Assembly: GCA_934131005.1 (NCBI GenBank)
Contig: CAKOYV010000004.1
Location: 37,344 to 101,343, forward strand
DNA length: 64,000 nt
Direction of reading: 5' to 3'
Origin: an uncultured Bacilli bacterium
Lineage (GTDB): Bacteria > Bacillota_I > Bacilli_A > RF39 > UBA660
Shown: positions 51,949 to 60,593 of the stretch, in pieces
Position numbering within the stretch: position 1 is the first letter of the stretch
Layout of the letters: each line of letters starts with the position of its first letter
Made by a program: the position numbers and the translations under genes
The notes under the pieces: generated by a model
Told to the model about the DNA's origin: nothing
What the model saw: the letters and a program-made list of their open reading frames with translations, nothing else
The model's database searches: none

Positions 51949-52017
51949 AATTAAACAAATTTACAAGAAAAAATCCTTGAAAAAGATTAAAAAATGTGCT
52001 AAAATTAAATTGTTATC

Positions 52018-52093
52018 GGCCAATTGGTGAAGTGGTTAACACATAGCCCTCTCAAGGCTACATTCATGGGTTCAAATCCCATATTGGTCACCA
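52018..52093 (+). tRNA. tRNA-Glu, anticodon CUC
   Basis: Cloverleaf folded by hand: acceptor GGCCAAT/ATTGGTC, anticodon stem TAGCC/GGCTA, loop CTCTCAA, T-arm ATGGG-TTCAAAT-CCCAT, 3' ACCA. Backbone is near-identical in architecture to Bacillus tRNA-Glu. Confidence 0.8.
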
Positions 52094-52130
52094 GATTAAT
52101 AACTACTCTTAATATAGAGTTTAAATAGAA

Positions 52131-52163
52131 GACACTATCATTATGTTGATAGTGTTTTTTTTA
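52131..52163 (+). terminator. Rho-independent terminator after tRNA-Glu
   Basis: Perfect 9-bp stem ACACTATCA/TGATAGTGT, loop TTATGT, T8 run. Confidence 0.75.
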
Positions 52164-52215
52164 TATTAAATTATTTACTCATTCAATCAAAAATAGCCTT
52201 CACAAAAATTAACAA

Positions 52216-52716
52216 TCAACACTTAATTTTCAAATCATTATTAAATAAATCAAATAAAAATGGTGATATTTTTTCATCTTTTAAATCATCTAATGAACTA
52301 ATTAATCTATATTCTGAATGTTCTTCTAATTGTAATTTTATATTTTTAATATCATCAATTAAATCACATAGATAAACTAATCTTATAAAAATCAAATCTT
52401 TACTTTCATCATAATTACTATCTTCATGAATAATCATCGTTAGAATAATATTAAGTCCTATCTCTTCCCTAGTCTCTCTAACTAGTGCTTCCCTTGGTAA
52501 TTCTCCATAATCTGCCAATCCTCCAGGAATATCCCAATATTCAGGATATGTTGTCTCACAACTAGAACGTTTAGTTAATAAAAATTTATTATTAACTTTA
52601 ATCAAAGTATGTACAATAATTCTATTACCATTCACAAATATCCACTCCTCTAAAAATTTTAATATATATTCAGAAAAAAAGAAATCTCCCAAAAAAGAGA
52701 AATCTCTAATCTTCAT
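52216..52716 (-). CDS. NUDIX hydrolase
   Basis: Nudix box GG.........REALVRETREEIGL. Confidence 0.8.
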   Translation of the reverse strand: MKIRDFSFLGDFFFSEYILKFLEEWIFVNGNRIIVHTLIKVNNKFLLTKRSSCETTYPEYWDIPGGLADYGELPREALVRETREEIGLNIILTMIIHEDSNYDESKDLIFIRLVYLCDLIDDIKNIKLQLEEHSEYRLISSLDDLKDEKISPFLFDLFNNDLKIKC

Positions 52717-54178
52717 TACTTAAATATTCAAACAAAGCAAATCTTCCTTCTTTATGAACCAATTTATAATTAGGAGATGCTGATAATATTTGATTCAAAT
52801 CTGTATCTACATAAATAAGAATATGTGTAATATCATACTTATTAAATACTCTACCATAATTACTAGTAATATGCATACATTCATCAAATATATCAAACTT
52901 ACCATTAAAAGGCTTCGTATATAAATCACTTCTAGAATCAATATAAACTTTCAAATCACGATAAAGTAAATAACTACCAAAATCATAATCATTATAAAGT
53001 CTAATCTTTTTAACATCCATATTCTTATACATATAATCAACCATCGAAACAGGATACAAATCTTCATCAATAAAACTCTTCTTAGCATTAACATTGTAGA
53101 CAAAAACAGAAGTAATAATTACCACTACCAGGACAATAAAATATCCCAAACTAGGTATCTCTATATCACTAACTTTACTAATATCAATAACACTACAAAG
53201 CAATCTACACAAATATATAGTCCCTATAACAGCAAGCAAACTAACATGTCTACTAGATAAAAAGGCCATAATAACCAAACCACATATCATAAACAAATCT
53301 CTTAGCCTAATTTTAACTTTCATAAAAATAAGTGGTATTAATAATATTAACAAATATCCCCATACAAAAGCATTTTCAACTAAAACAAGTGGCTTATGTT
53401 CCTCAATAAACTTCATAGTATCCCCTTGTAATGTCTTAATAAAATAAGTATAAGGCGTAAAACCAATTGGAGTAAGCAATCCTAAAAACAAACTTATTCC
53501 AAAAACAATAAGCAACATTTTAATATTATCTTCTTTTTTTATAATAACTTTATCATAAAATAAATTCTTAATTCTATCCCACTTAAATTTATTACTAATT
53601 TTATAAATAAATGCCTCTGCTACAAAGGGAAGCATCAAAATAAAATAAAATGGCCATACAGCAGCATGCATATTAGCTATCAAGATACAAATAACAAACA
53701 ACCAAGTAGCATACCTCTTATTACTACTAGATAACAACCTCTCTATAAAATAAACTTCCAATAAAAATAAAAAATAAGTAAATAACTGTGCTCTAGCAGA
53801 TGCATAATTAGCAAGCATAATAACTCCCAAAATACTAAATAATAAACTCATAAAGTAACTTTTATTAAGCCGCAGATTAATTAAATAAAATGATATACCA
53901 ATAATTATAAAACAAAGTATTGTAAATACATACAATCCACTAAAATTATATAAATCATAAACTTTATAAATAATAACATCATATAACCAATGTGGATAAG
54001 TATAACTTAAATTATGCCATGAAAAATGGTCCTTCATATCAATACCATTTTTCATAACAAGCTTCCCAATCTTAATAGTATAAAAAGTATCATTTTGAAA
54101 ACTTCTAGGAGTATAAGCAATACATATTGCAATTATTATTAAAATACTAACTACTAATAAAGACTTTTTTTTCACCAA
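52706..54178 (-). CDS. Polytopic membrane protein (about 12 TM + C-terminal soluble domain), possible GT-C-type glycosyltransferase
   Basis: 490 aa. Many TM helices. About 120-aa hydrophilic C-terminal domain. Fold assignment is speculative. Confidence 0.5.
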   Translation of the reverse strand: MVKKKSLLVVSILIIIAICIAYTPRSFQNDTFYTIKIGKLVMKNGIDMKDHFSWHNLSYTYPHWLYDVIIYKVYDLYNFSGLYVFTILCFIIIGISFYLINLRLNKSYFMSLLFSILGVIMLANYASARAQLFTYFLFLLEVYFIERLLSSSNKRYATWLFVICILIANMHAAVWPFYFILMLPFVAEAFIYKISNKFKWDRIKNLFYDKVIIKKEDNIKMLLIVFGISLFLGLLTPIGFTPYTYFIKTLQGDTMKFIEEHKPLVLVENAFVWGYLLILLIPLIFMKVKIRLRDLFMICGLVIMAFLSSRHVSLLAVIGTIYLCRLLCSVIDISKVSDIEIPSLGYFIVLVVVIITSVFVYNVNAKKSFIDEDLYPVSMVDYMYKNMDVKKIRLYNDYDFGSYLLYRDLKVYIDSRSDLYTKPFNGKFDIFDECMHITSNYGRVFNKYDITHILIYVDTDLNQILSASPNYKLVHKEGRFALFEYLSNED

Positions 54179-54180
54179 AA

Positions 54181-55077
54181 CTACCTACTTTCCCATAAAT
54201 TACTAGGATAAACACCCTCTTTAATTAAATTATTTATACTATCCTTAAGTTGCTCTAAATCCTCTCTATAAGTCATTCCATTAAATTTAGATGTTGTATG
54301 AAGAACTCTAACCTTGCCACATCCCTCATCAATACTTTTTTGCACAATTGTAGGTAAATAAAATTCTCCTTTAATTTCATCATAACCTTCATCAAAAAAT
54401 TCTCTAAAATATCTCTTTGCATCCTCAAATACACGTGGTGTAAAACCAAATAAGTTTACAGATACAGGCGTATTTCCATCAATTGGATAGCATTCTGAAT
54501 CTTCCTCATAAACAAGCTTATCACCAACATAACCTATTTTGGTTCTCTCTGTAACAGACTCCAAATAATTATCACGAACACAACAAACACCACGAGAAAC
54601 TGTACCATTATCACTCAAAGTATTACAAAGCTTATAAGCAACCATAGCATAATCACCATCTTTATCAACATCCTTAAGATAACTAGCAAGAGTATGAAAA
54701 GCATCATATCCATAAAAATCATCAGCATTTATAATAATAAAATTATTATTAATATACTCCTCACTACTAAGCAAAGCTTGTCCAGTCCCCCAAGGCTTAA
54801 CTCTTCCCTCAGAGACAACAATTCCTTCAGGTACATCATCCAATTTTTGATAAGCATAACAAACTTCAACCTTCTCTTCAATTCTCTTACCTATAGTATC
54901 TCTAAATAAATCTAAATGCTCTTCCTTAATGACAAAAATTACTCTATCAACCCCAACTTTTATTGCATCATATATTGAATAATCAATCAAAAACTCTCCA
55001 CTAGGTCCTACTGGTGTCAATTGTTTCATACCACCAAATCTACTTCCCATACCAGCAGCCATTACAACTAAATTCAT
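54181..55077 (-). CDS. Sugar-phosphate / MobA-like nucleotidyltransferase family protein
   Basis: N-terminal MAAGMGSRFGG.KQL matches the G-x-G-(S/T)-R nucleotide-binding loop of NTP-transferases. 298 aa. Confidence 0.6.
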   Translation of the reverse strand: MNLVVMAAGMGSRFGGMKQLTPVGPSGEFLIDYSIYDAIKVGVDRVIFVIKEEHLDLFRDTIGKRIEEKVEVCYAYQKLDDVPEGIVVSEGRVKPWGTGQALLSSEEYINNNFIIINADDFYGYDAFHTLASYLKDVDKDGDYAMVAYKLCNTLSDNGTVSRGVCCVRDNYLESVTERTKIGYVGDKLVYEEDSECYPIDGNTPVSVNLFGFTPRVFEDAKRYFREFFDEGYDEIKGEFYLPTIVQKSIDEGCGKVRVLHTTSKFNGMTYREDLEQLKDSINNLIKEGVYPSNLWESR

Positions 55078-55079
55078 CT

Positions 55080-55775
55080 CTACATTCCTCCTCTAAAACA
55101 AATTATCCATAAAATAAAAATTATAACTAATATAACACAAGATAATTTTGTTACTCTAAACTTTTTCCTATCCTTAGCATACATCTTTTTACAATCATAA
55201 ATTCCACTATCAACAAGCTTAATTCCTTTAACTGAATAACTTGATAAGTCTCTATCACTTATAACCGTAAAAGATGTACAATCATCCAAATCTAAATATC
55301 TAACTGGCCCCACTTTAATAAAATATATAAACATAACAATATCTCCAATAGAACCAACAATATTCATAATAGACAAAAATACTAACATATAGCTATTGAC
55401 AATCATTCCAATAACTAGTGTAACAATCCCAATCAAAACAACGGGAAATAATAAAGAAGTAAGTATAACCCTACGAGGTATTTCTTGTTTACACATACAA
55501 TAGAAAACTCCCATATCAAGCGACATTCCAAAAACTATATTATGTCTATCAACACAAGAAAACAAAGAAAATCCAACTCCATGTAACCCTTCATGTAATA
55601 TCATCCATAAAAATACATATATAATTAAATTAAAACTATAGCTAATATTATAAGTATCATTATGTTCAATAACTAAAACTATAAAAGTAACAACTAAAAA
55701 TAATAAAATTGCCATTATATTTAAAATAGTCATATCTAATTTATACGTATAATACTTACTCTTCACAATTATCAC
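55080..55775 (-). CDS. Membrane-embedded putative zincin metallopeptidase (HExxH; DUF3267-like)
   Basis: HEGLH motif (ILHEGLHGVG) between TM helices. 231 aa with 5-6 TM helices. Confidence 0.55.
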   Translation of the reverse strand: MIIVKSKYYTYKLDMTILNIMAILLFLVVTFIVLVIEHNDTYNISYSFNLIIYVFLWMILHEGLHGVGFSLFSCVDRHNIVFGMSLDMGVFYCMCKQEIPRRVILTSLLFPVVLIGIVTLVIGMIVNSYMLVFLSIMNIVGSIGDIVMFIYFIKVGPVRYLDLDDCTSFTVISDRDLSSYSVKGIKLVDSGIYDCKKMYAKDRKKFRVTKLSCVILVIIFILWIICFRGGM

Positions 55776-55833
55776 ACCTTAATTATATCATCCCATAATT
55801 ATTATGTAAATTATATTAACTTATAATAAATTA

Positions 55834-57423
55834 TTACAAGCTACGCAAACACTCTTGAAAATAATCATTATGAATAATCATACTATCCTTAAAATAACCA
55901 TCAATATCAAAATTAAGCCCCTTATTATCTCCCCTAATATAATAAACCATTCTAAAAGCATAATTAATTACTCTCTTAAGCTCTCTTTTATCACACATAG
56001 AAATATCCATATAAGCCAAATTATTAAAATTCTTATCAATAACAAATCTCATAAATCTATAACTATTAGACAAAACAACAGGATACTTTCCTTCTACTAA
56101 AAAACTATCATTATCAAATTCAAAATCTCTCTTAGAAGCTTCTTTCAATATAACTTCAACAATAGCATTCCCCAAACTAACATTCTTAAAATTAATATAT
56201 TTAAAAATACTATTATTATTTCTAATAAAATAAGATAACATATGTTTATTTTCTACTAAAACAGGATTCAAATATCCATCACTACCTAAATAATTCTTAA
56301 CATCAAAAGTATTTCTCTTATATTTATTTAAATAAATATCCACAATCTTATTAACTTCATCTCGATCATTTAACATAATATAGTTAATATTCCTTGCATC
56401 CTTTCCTATTAAATAAACCATAAACATATAATTACTATAAAATAAATTTCTAAAAGGATATTTGCAAATATCAAATTCTATATTTTCCCTAACCAACTTC
56501 AAAGCTAAATTATCAATTATTCTTTTTATATCTTTACTAATAATATTATGCCAATCAACAAATTCTACATTATCAACACATCTATCTATCATATAATTAA
56601 CAAACTCAAAATCTTTATTTAAATATTGTGCTAAATAAATATTGCTCTCAACCAACTCTATAGCACAATCATGACTATTAATATAAGTAATAATAGCCCT
56701 AACAATTCTATGCCAATCATTATCAACAAAATTATTCATATACCTCTCGTCTAAATATTTAACACAAGTAATATCTTCTTCAATCATATATTGTAAAAAA
56801 TCTATATTTTTAAGCAATACTTCTGGCAATTTTTTATTAACATAAAATTCCTCAATTTTATACTTTCGCTTTCTTATTCTTAAAATAGCTTCTTTAATAA
56901 TCTCTCTCTGACTCATCTTAATATTATCACCATATTTTATATATTTAACATTATAAGCATCTAATTCTGTTAAATATTTCATAAAATCCAATGACATAGC
57001 TAATCTCTCAGGAAGAATACCAGGATAGACCAAAAATTCCTTCACACTAACCTTAATTTCTTCCCTTCTAATAATACACAAACTCTTCTTAATTATCTCT
57101 TCTGCCATATCATCATCTATCATAAATTTATCAATAAATATCAAATTATTTATATCATTGCAAACTAAACTATCACAAAAATAATAGCTATTAAAAAAGC
57201 TAACTTCCACACCTTCATCATAATATCTTGCTTGCTTATCATTAAAAAGCATCCCTAAATCTGCTTCATCACCAAAACATTCAAAATAAATATCAATAAC
57301 TCTCATCTGCGATTTTTCTTTAAGTTGAAAAAATTCCAAACAATGTTGTGGTAAATTATTTTTATCTTTTTTTATCTTATACTTAAATAGGAAAAAAAAC
57401 ACTTCTAGCATATCATTTGTCAA
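55834..57423 (-). CDS. Hypothetical cytoplasmic protein built of about six 60-65-aa tandem repeats
   Basis: Repeats share an L-x2-L-x2-N-x-(D/E)-F-x2-Y-(M/I)-I-x-(D/E)...N-(I/V)-x-Y-(I/L) pattern. Examples: LPERLAMSLDFMKYLTELD, LPEVLLKNIDFLQYMIEED, LAQYLNKDFEFVNYMIDRC. Confidence 0.5.
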   Translation of the reverse strand: MTNDMLEVFFFLFKYKIKKDKNNLPQHCLEFFQLKEKSQMRVIDIYFECFGDEADLGMLFNDKQARYYDEGVEVSFFNSYYFCDSLVCNDINNLIFIDKFMIDDDMAEEIIKKSLCIIRREEIKVSVKEFLVYPGILPERLAMSLDFMKYLTELDAYNVKYIKYGDNIKMSQREIIKEAILRIRKRKYKIEEFYVNKKLPEVLLKNIDFLQYMIEEDITCVKYLDERYMNNFVDNDWHRIVRAIITYINSHDCAIELVESNIYLAQYLNKDFEFVNYMIDRCVDNVEFVDWHNIISKDIKRIIDNLALKLVRENIEFDICKYPFRNLFYSNYMFMVYLIGKDARNINYIMLNDRDEVNKIVDIYLNKYKRNTFDVKNYLGSDGYLNPVLVENKHMLSYFIRNNNSIFKYINFKNVSLGNAIVEVILKEASKRDFEFDNDSFLVEGKYPVVLSNSYRFMRFVIDKNFNNLAYMDISMCDKRELKRVINYAFRMVYYIRGDNKGLNFDIDGYFKDSMIIHNDYFQECLRSL

Positions 57424-57538
57424 CTCTTTTCTATAATAATAATTCTATCATAATATTAACAAAAAAAAAAGAATCTTAATTTACTTTTTTGAAACAAATT
57501 AGAAAACTTTATCATCATAAGTAAAAAAGAAAGAAGAC

Positions 57539-58447
57539 TTATCTAGAAATAAATTTTCTTTCTTTTTTTCTACCATAACTATTTTGATGAGCAATATTAT
57601 CACTCATTTCTTGACCATTTTTCTGTAACTGTTCTCTCAAAACAGCACGAGTATAATAAACAGCACCAGCTAAATCAATTTCTTTATCAACAAAATCGTA
57701 TTTTTTGCAAGCACTCTCCCAAACATCTAAATGATTTTGAATAAAATTACCATTAAGACTAAGAGTTTCTGCATCTTGCATTCTAATTTTAGCACGAAGT
57801 CGCATCATTTTACCAAAATATTCTGTCAGCTTATCATAGTCATATTCTCCACCATGCAATTCATAAATATCATAAAAATCTTTCACTCTAGTATTAAGAA
57901 CATCCGCTCTTTTACTTTCTAAAATGATACATAATTTTTCAGCCAAATACTCTTCAAAAGATGGAACATAAATATAAAATGGTTCATCACCTTCAAAAAT
58001 AGGTGGCATCATTCTAGTAGTTGGCTCAATAAGCCTATTATAATTATCTTGAATATCAAGTCCTAGAGGTTGACTAATAGTTCCATATTCACCCTTTAGA
58101 GACATTTTATAAATACCAGTAGGCGTTCTATGAACACTTCTATTTAATTTAAATTTAAATAAACCATCACTACTATTTATAATCCTGAATAAAAGTGGAG
58201 CATTCAACTCAAAATCATTAAATAAGGCTAAGTCAACATCTGTAATTGCTCTAACTAATCTACCTAAATAAGCAATCTCTGCTGAACTACCTTTAATCAT
58301 AATTTCTTGATCAGACATTTTGCTAACTTTCTCCAAAAAATTTCTTGCAACAAAAGTTGTATAAACACCTCCAATATTCATATCAAGTCTCTCTGCTTCT
58401 TTTTTCATATAAGCTTTCATTTGATTACTATTTCTAAATTCAACCAT
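57539..58447 (-). CDS. Nucleotidyltransferase of the AbiEii/AbiGii (DUF1814) toxin family
   Basis: IKGSSAEIAYLGRLVRAITDVDLA fits the NTase G-S...D-x-D core. FEEYLAEKLCIILESKRADVLNTRVKDFYDIYEL fits the C-terminal AbiEii helix block. Start taken at the ATG (MVEF...); the ORF track extends to a TTG at 58498. Confidence 0.6.
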   Translation of the reverse strand: MVEFRNSNQMKAYMKKEAERLDMNIGGVYTTFVARNFLEKVSKMSDQEIMIKGSSAEIAYLGRLVRAITDVDLALFNDFELNAPLLFRIINSSDGLFKFKLNRSVHRTPTGIYKMSLKGEYGTISQPLGLDIQDNYNRLIEPTTRMMPPIFEGDEPFYIYVPSFEEYLAEKLCIILESKRADVLNTRVKDFYDIYELHGGEYDYDKLTEYFGKMMRLRAKIRMQDAETLSLNGNFIQNHLDVWESACKKYDFVDKEIDLAGAVYYTRAVLREQLQKNGQEMSDNIAHQNSYGRKKERKFISR

Positions 58448-58505
58448 ATCATCACCACCATTGCCAATTATTCTAGCACCTCGGCCAAAGCTTGTCAACT
58501 ATAAA

Positions 58506-58652
58506 TTAATTATTTAAATAATCATTAAGAACTCTAGCAAGTTCTAATTTATCAATTGGTTTAGCTAAGTAATCATTAAATCCTAATTTTAAATATTTCT
58601 CTTTCATCCCACTAATAGCATTAGCAGTTAAAATAACTGTAGGTATTTTAAA
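58506..58652 (-). pseudogene. Gene remnant: C-terminal 46 residues of a response-regulator receiver domain, no start codon
   Basis: Translation FKIPTVILTANAISGMKEKYLKLGFNDYLAKPIDKLELARVLNDYLNN*. It is preceded by an in-frame TGA and is in the same frame as the upstream hybrid kinase gene. Confidence 0.6.
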
Positions 58653-58682
58653 TCAATTATTATAATAATTAGTACATAATTT

Positions 58683-60545
58683 TTACTCATTCATATTTTT
58701 ACTACTTAAACAATTATCTATTTTTTCCTTAATAATTTCTTTAGTAAATGGTTTTGTCACACAATCAGTAAAACCTAAAAGTTTATACTTTTCTTGTGCA
58801 CCGTTTATAGCATCAGCTGTCAATGCTATAACAGGAATATCAAAGTTGGGAATTTTTCTTAATTTATTCATAGCCGTTACTCCACTCATAACAGGCATCA
58901 TAATATCCATTAAAATAATATCATAATGATTTGCTTTTACCTTATTAATAGCTTCCTCACCATTATAACATTCATCTATCTTTTTAAAATTTAAAGAACT
59001 TATAGCTCGTTTAGCAACTTTAATATTAAGTTTATTATCATCAACTATTAGAATAGTTTTGTCCTGATAATTAATATCATTTGATTCTTGTTCAATTTTT
59101 GGAGAAGAAATATTTTCCAAATCCTTTTTAGTAGCTATTTTTTGAGGTAATGTCACCATAAACATTGATCCTTTACCAAAAGTAGATTCAACGTTTATTT
59201 TTCCACCTAATAACTCAACTAGTTTTTTGGTAATAGCAAGTCCCAAGCCAGTTCCCTCTGTTGTAGTATTTTTTTCAATATCTAAACGTTCAAATTTATG
59301 AAACAACTTATCTATATATTCCCTCTTTATACCTCGCCCACTATCTTTTACGGTCATAAATAATAAAGATACTCCCTTTTTATTTATACATTTTATATTT
59401 AATTCTATACTTCCTTCATCGGTATATTTAATTGCATTAGAAAGTAAATTGTTCAAAATTTGTTTTACATGTACTTTATCACCATTTAAATATTCTGGAA
59501 TATCCTGAGCAATATTTAACTTATAATTAATTGGTTTGGTACCTATTCTAGTTCCATTAATTTTAAATAAAGTTTCAACTTCCTCTTTAAAATTATAAAC
59601 TATCTCATTAATTTCTAATTTATCACTCTCAATTTTATTAATATCCATAATATTACCAACAATTTCAAGAAGTGTATGTGAAGCTGAGATAACATCATCA
59701 ACATCTTCTTTCATACTAGACGGTAACTTTTTGTTATCAGCCATATCTTCACATAATCCAACAATAGCATTTAGAGGCGTTCTTATTTCGTGAGACATGG
59801 AAGATAAAAAATCACTTTTTGCAGAATTGGCCTTTTCAGCTTGCTCCCTCGCTATATTTAAAGCTTCTATCATTTTAATATCAGGATTTTCAATAGTAAA
59901 ATACATTAAATTAGTCACAATTGCAAAAGAAGAAGAAATAATTAAAAAACCTGGATTAAATGCTCTTATAACTAGAGCTAAAATCATAACAAAAATAAAC
60001 ACTAAAACTGGAATATATTTTTTCTTTTCTTTATTTATTCTATTTGCATAACAAACTACCCAACTAATAAGATAAATTAAAACTATTACATATAATAAAT
60101 TTGCACTAACTCCATATGAATAAACAATATTATTTTGATTGTAATATTTAAGTGGTAAAAATAATAAAAGACTTATAACAACAAACCACAATATAACAAA
60201 AAACATACTACACTTTCTTTTCAAATTAAACTTATCTTCTTGTTTTTTAAATGAAATAGAATAAATATATAAAGTAAATAATGATTGCCACAAAAATATA
60301 ACAATTAAAAATACCCGATTAATCAATTCCGTTAAAAAAGGAATTTTATCCATATTAGATACTGTTACACAACAAAGTATTTCCATAATTAAATTTACAA
60401 TATTAACAATAATAAGACTTCCATACAAATCAGTTTCCAAATTATGAATTCTTTTTTTATTAAAATAAATAACACCAATAAAAATACTATAAAGCAAATT
60501 ACAAGCAATAATAGCTAGTCCTAAATACACAAAAAACACCTCCAT
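58683..60545 (-). CDS. Hybrid sensor histidine kinase (multi-TM sensor + HisKA + HATPase_c + C-terminal receiver)
   Basis: Six or seven N-terminal TM helices. H-box SHEIRTPLNAI. G-boxes DSGRGI / GTGLGLAI. Receiver ILIVDDN...DIILMDIMMP...TKPF. Confidence 0.85.
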   Translation of the reverse strand: MEVFFVYLGLAIIACNLLYSIFIGVIYFNKKRIHNLETDLYGSLIIVNIVNLIMEILCCVTVSNMDKIPFLTELINRVFLIVIFLWQSLFTLYIYSISFKKQEDKFNLKRKCSMFFVILWFVVISLLLFLPLKYYNQNNIVYSYGVSANLLYVIVLIYLISWVVCYANRINKEKKKYIPVLVFIFVMILALVIRAFNPGFLIISSSFAIVTNLMYFTIENPDIKMIEALNIAREQAEKANSAKSDFLSSMSHEIRTPLNAIVGLCEDMADNKKLPSSMKEDVDDVISASHTLLEIVGNIMDINKIESDKLEINEIVYNFKEEVETLFKINGTRIGTKPINYKLNIAQDIPEYLNGDKVHVKQILNNLLSNAIKYTDEGSIELNIKCINKKGVSLLFMTVKDSGRGIKREYIDKLFHKFERLDIEKNTTTEGTGLGLAITKKLVELLGGKINVESTFGKGSMFMVTLPQKIATKKDLENISSPKIEQESNDINYQDKTILIVDDNKLNIKVAKRAISSLNFKKIDECYNGEEAINKVKANHYDIILMDIMMPVMSGVTAMNKLRKIPNFDIPVIALTADAINGAQEKYKLLGFTDCVTKPFTKEIIKEKIDNCLSSKNMNE

Positions 60546-60593
60546 ATGTTACCTGAAATTATTATAACATACAGAAGCACTTTTTTAAATAAA

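Larger units (their letters stand above)
52100..58660 (-). other. Candidate accessory island (six-gene minus-strand operon, NUDIX ... AbiEii-like NTase). It is bounded by tRNA-Glu plus terminator on one side and a receiver-domain gene remnant on the other
   Basis: Tightly packed co-oriented genes of accessory character. Flanked by a tRNA (a classical integration hotspot) and a degraded paralog fragment. No integrase or direct repeat was found by eye. Confidence 0.35.
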
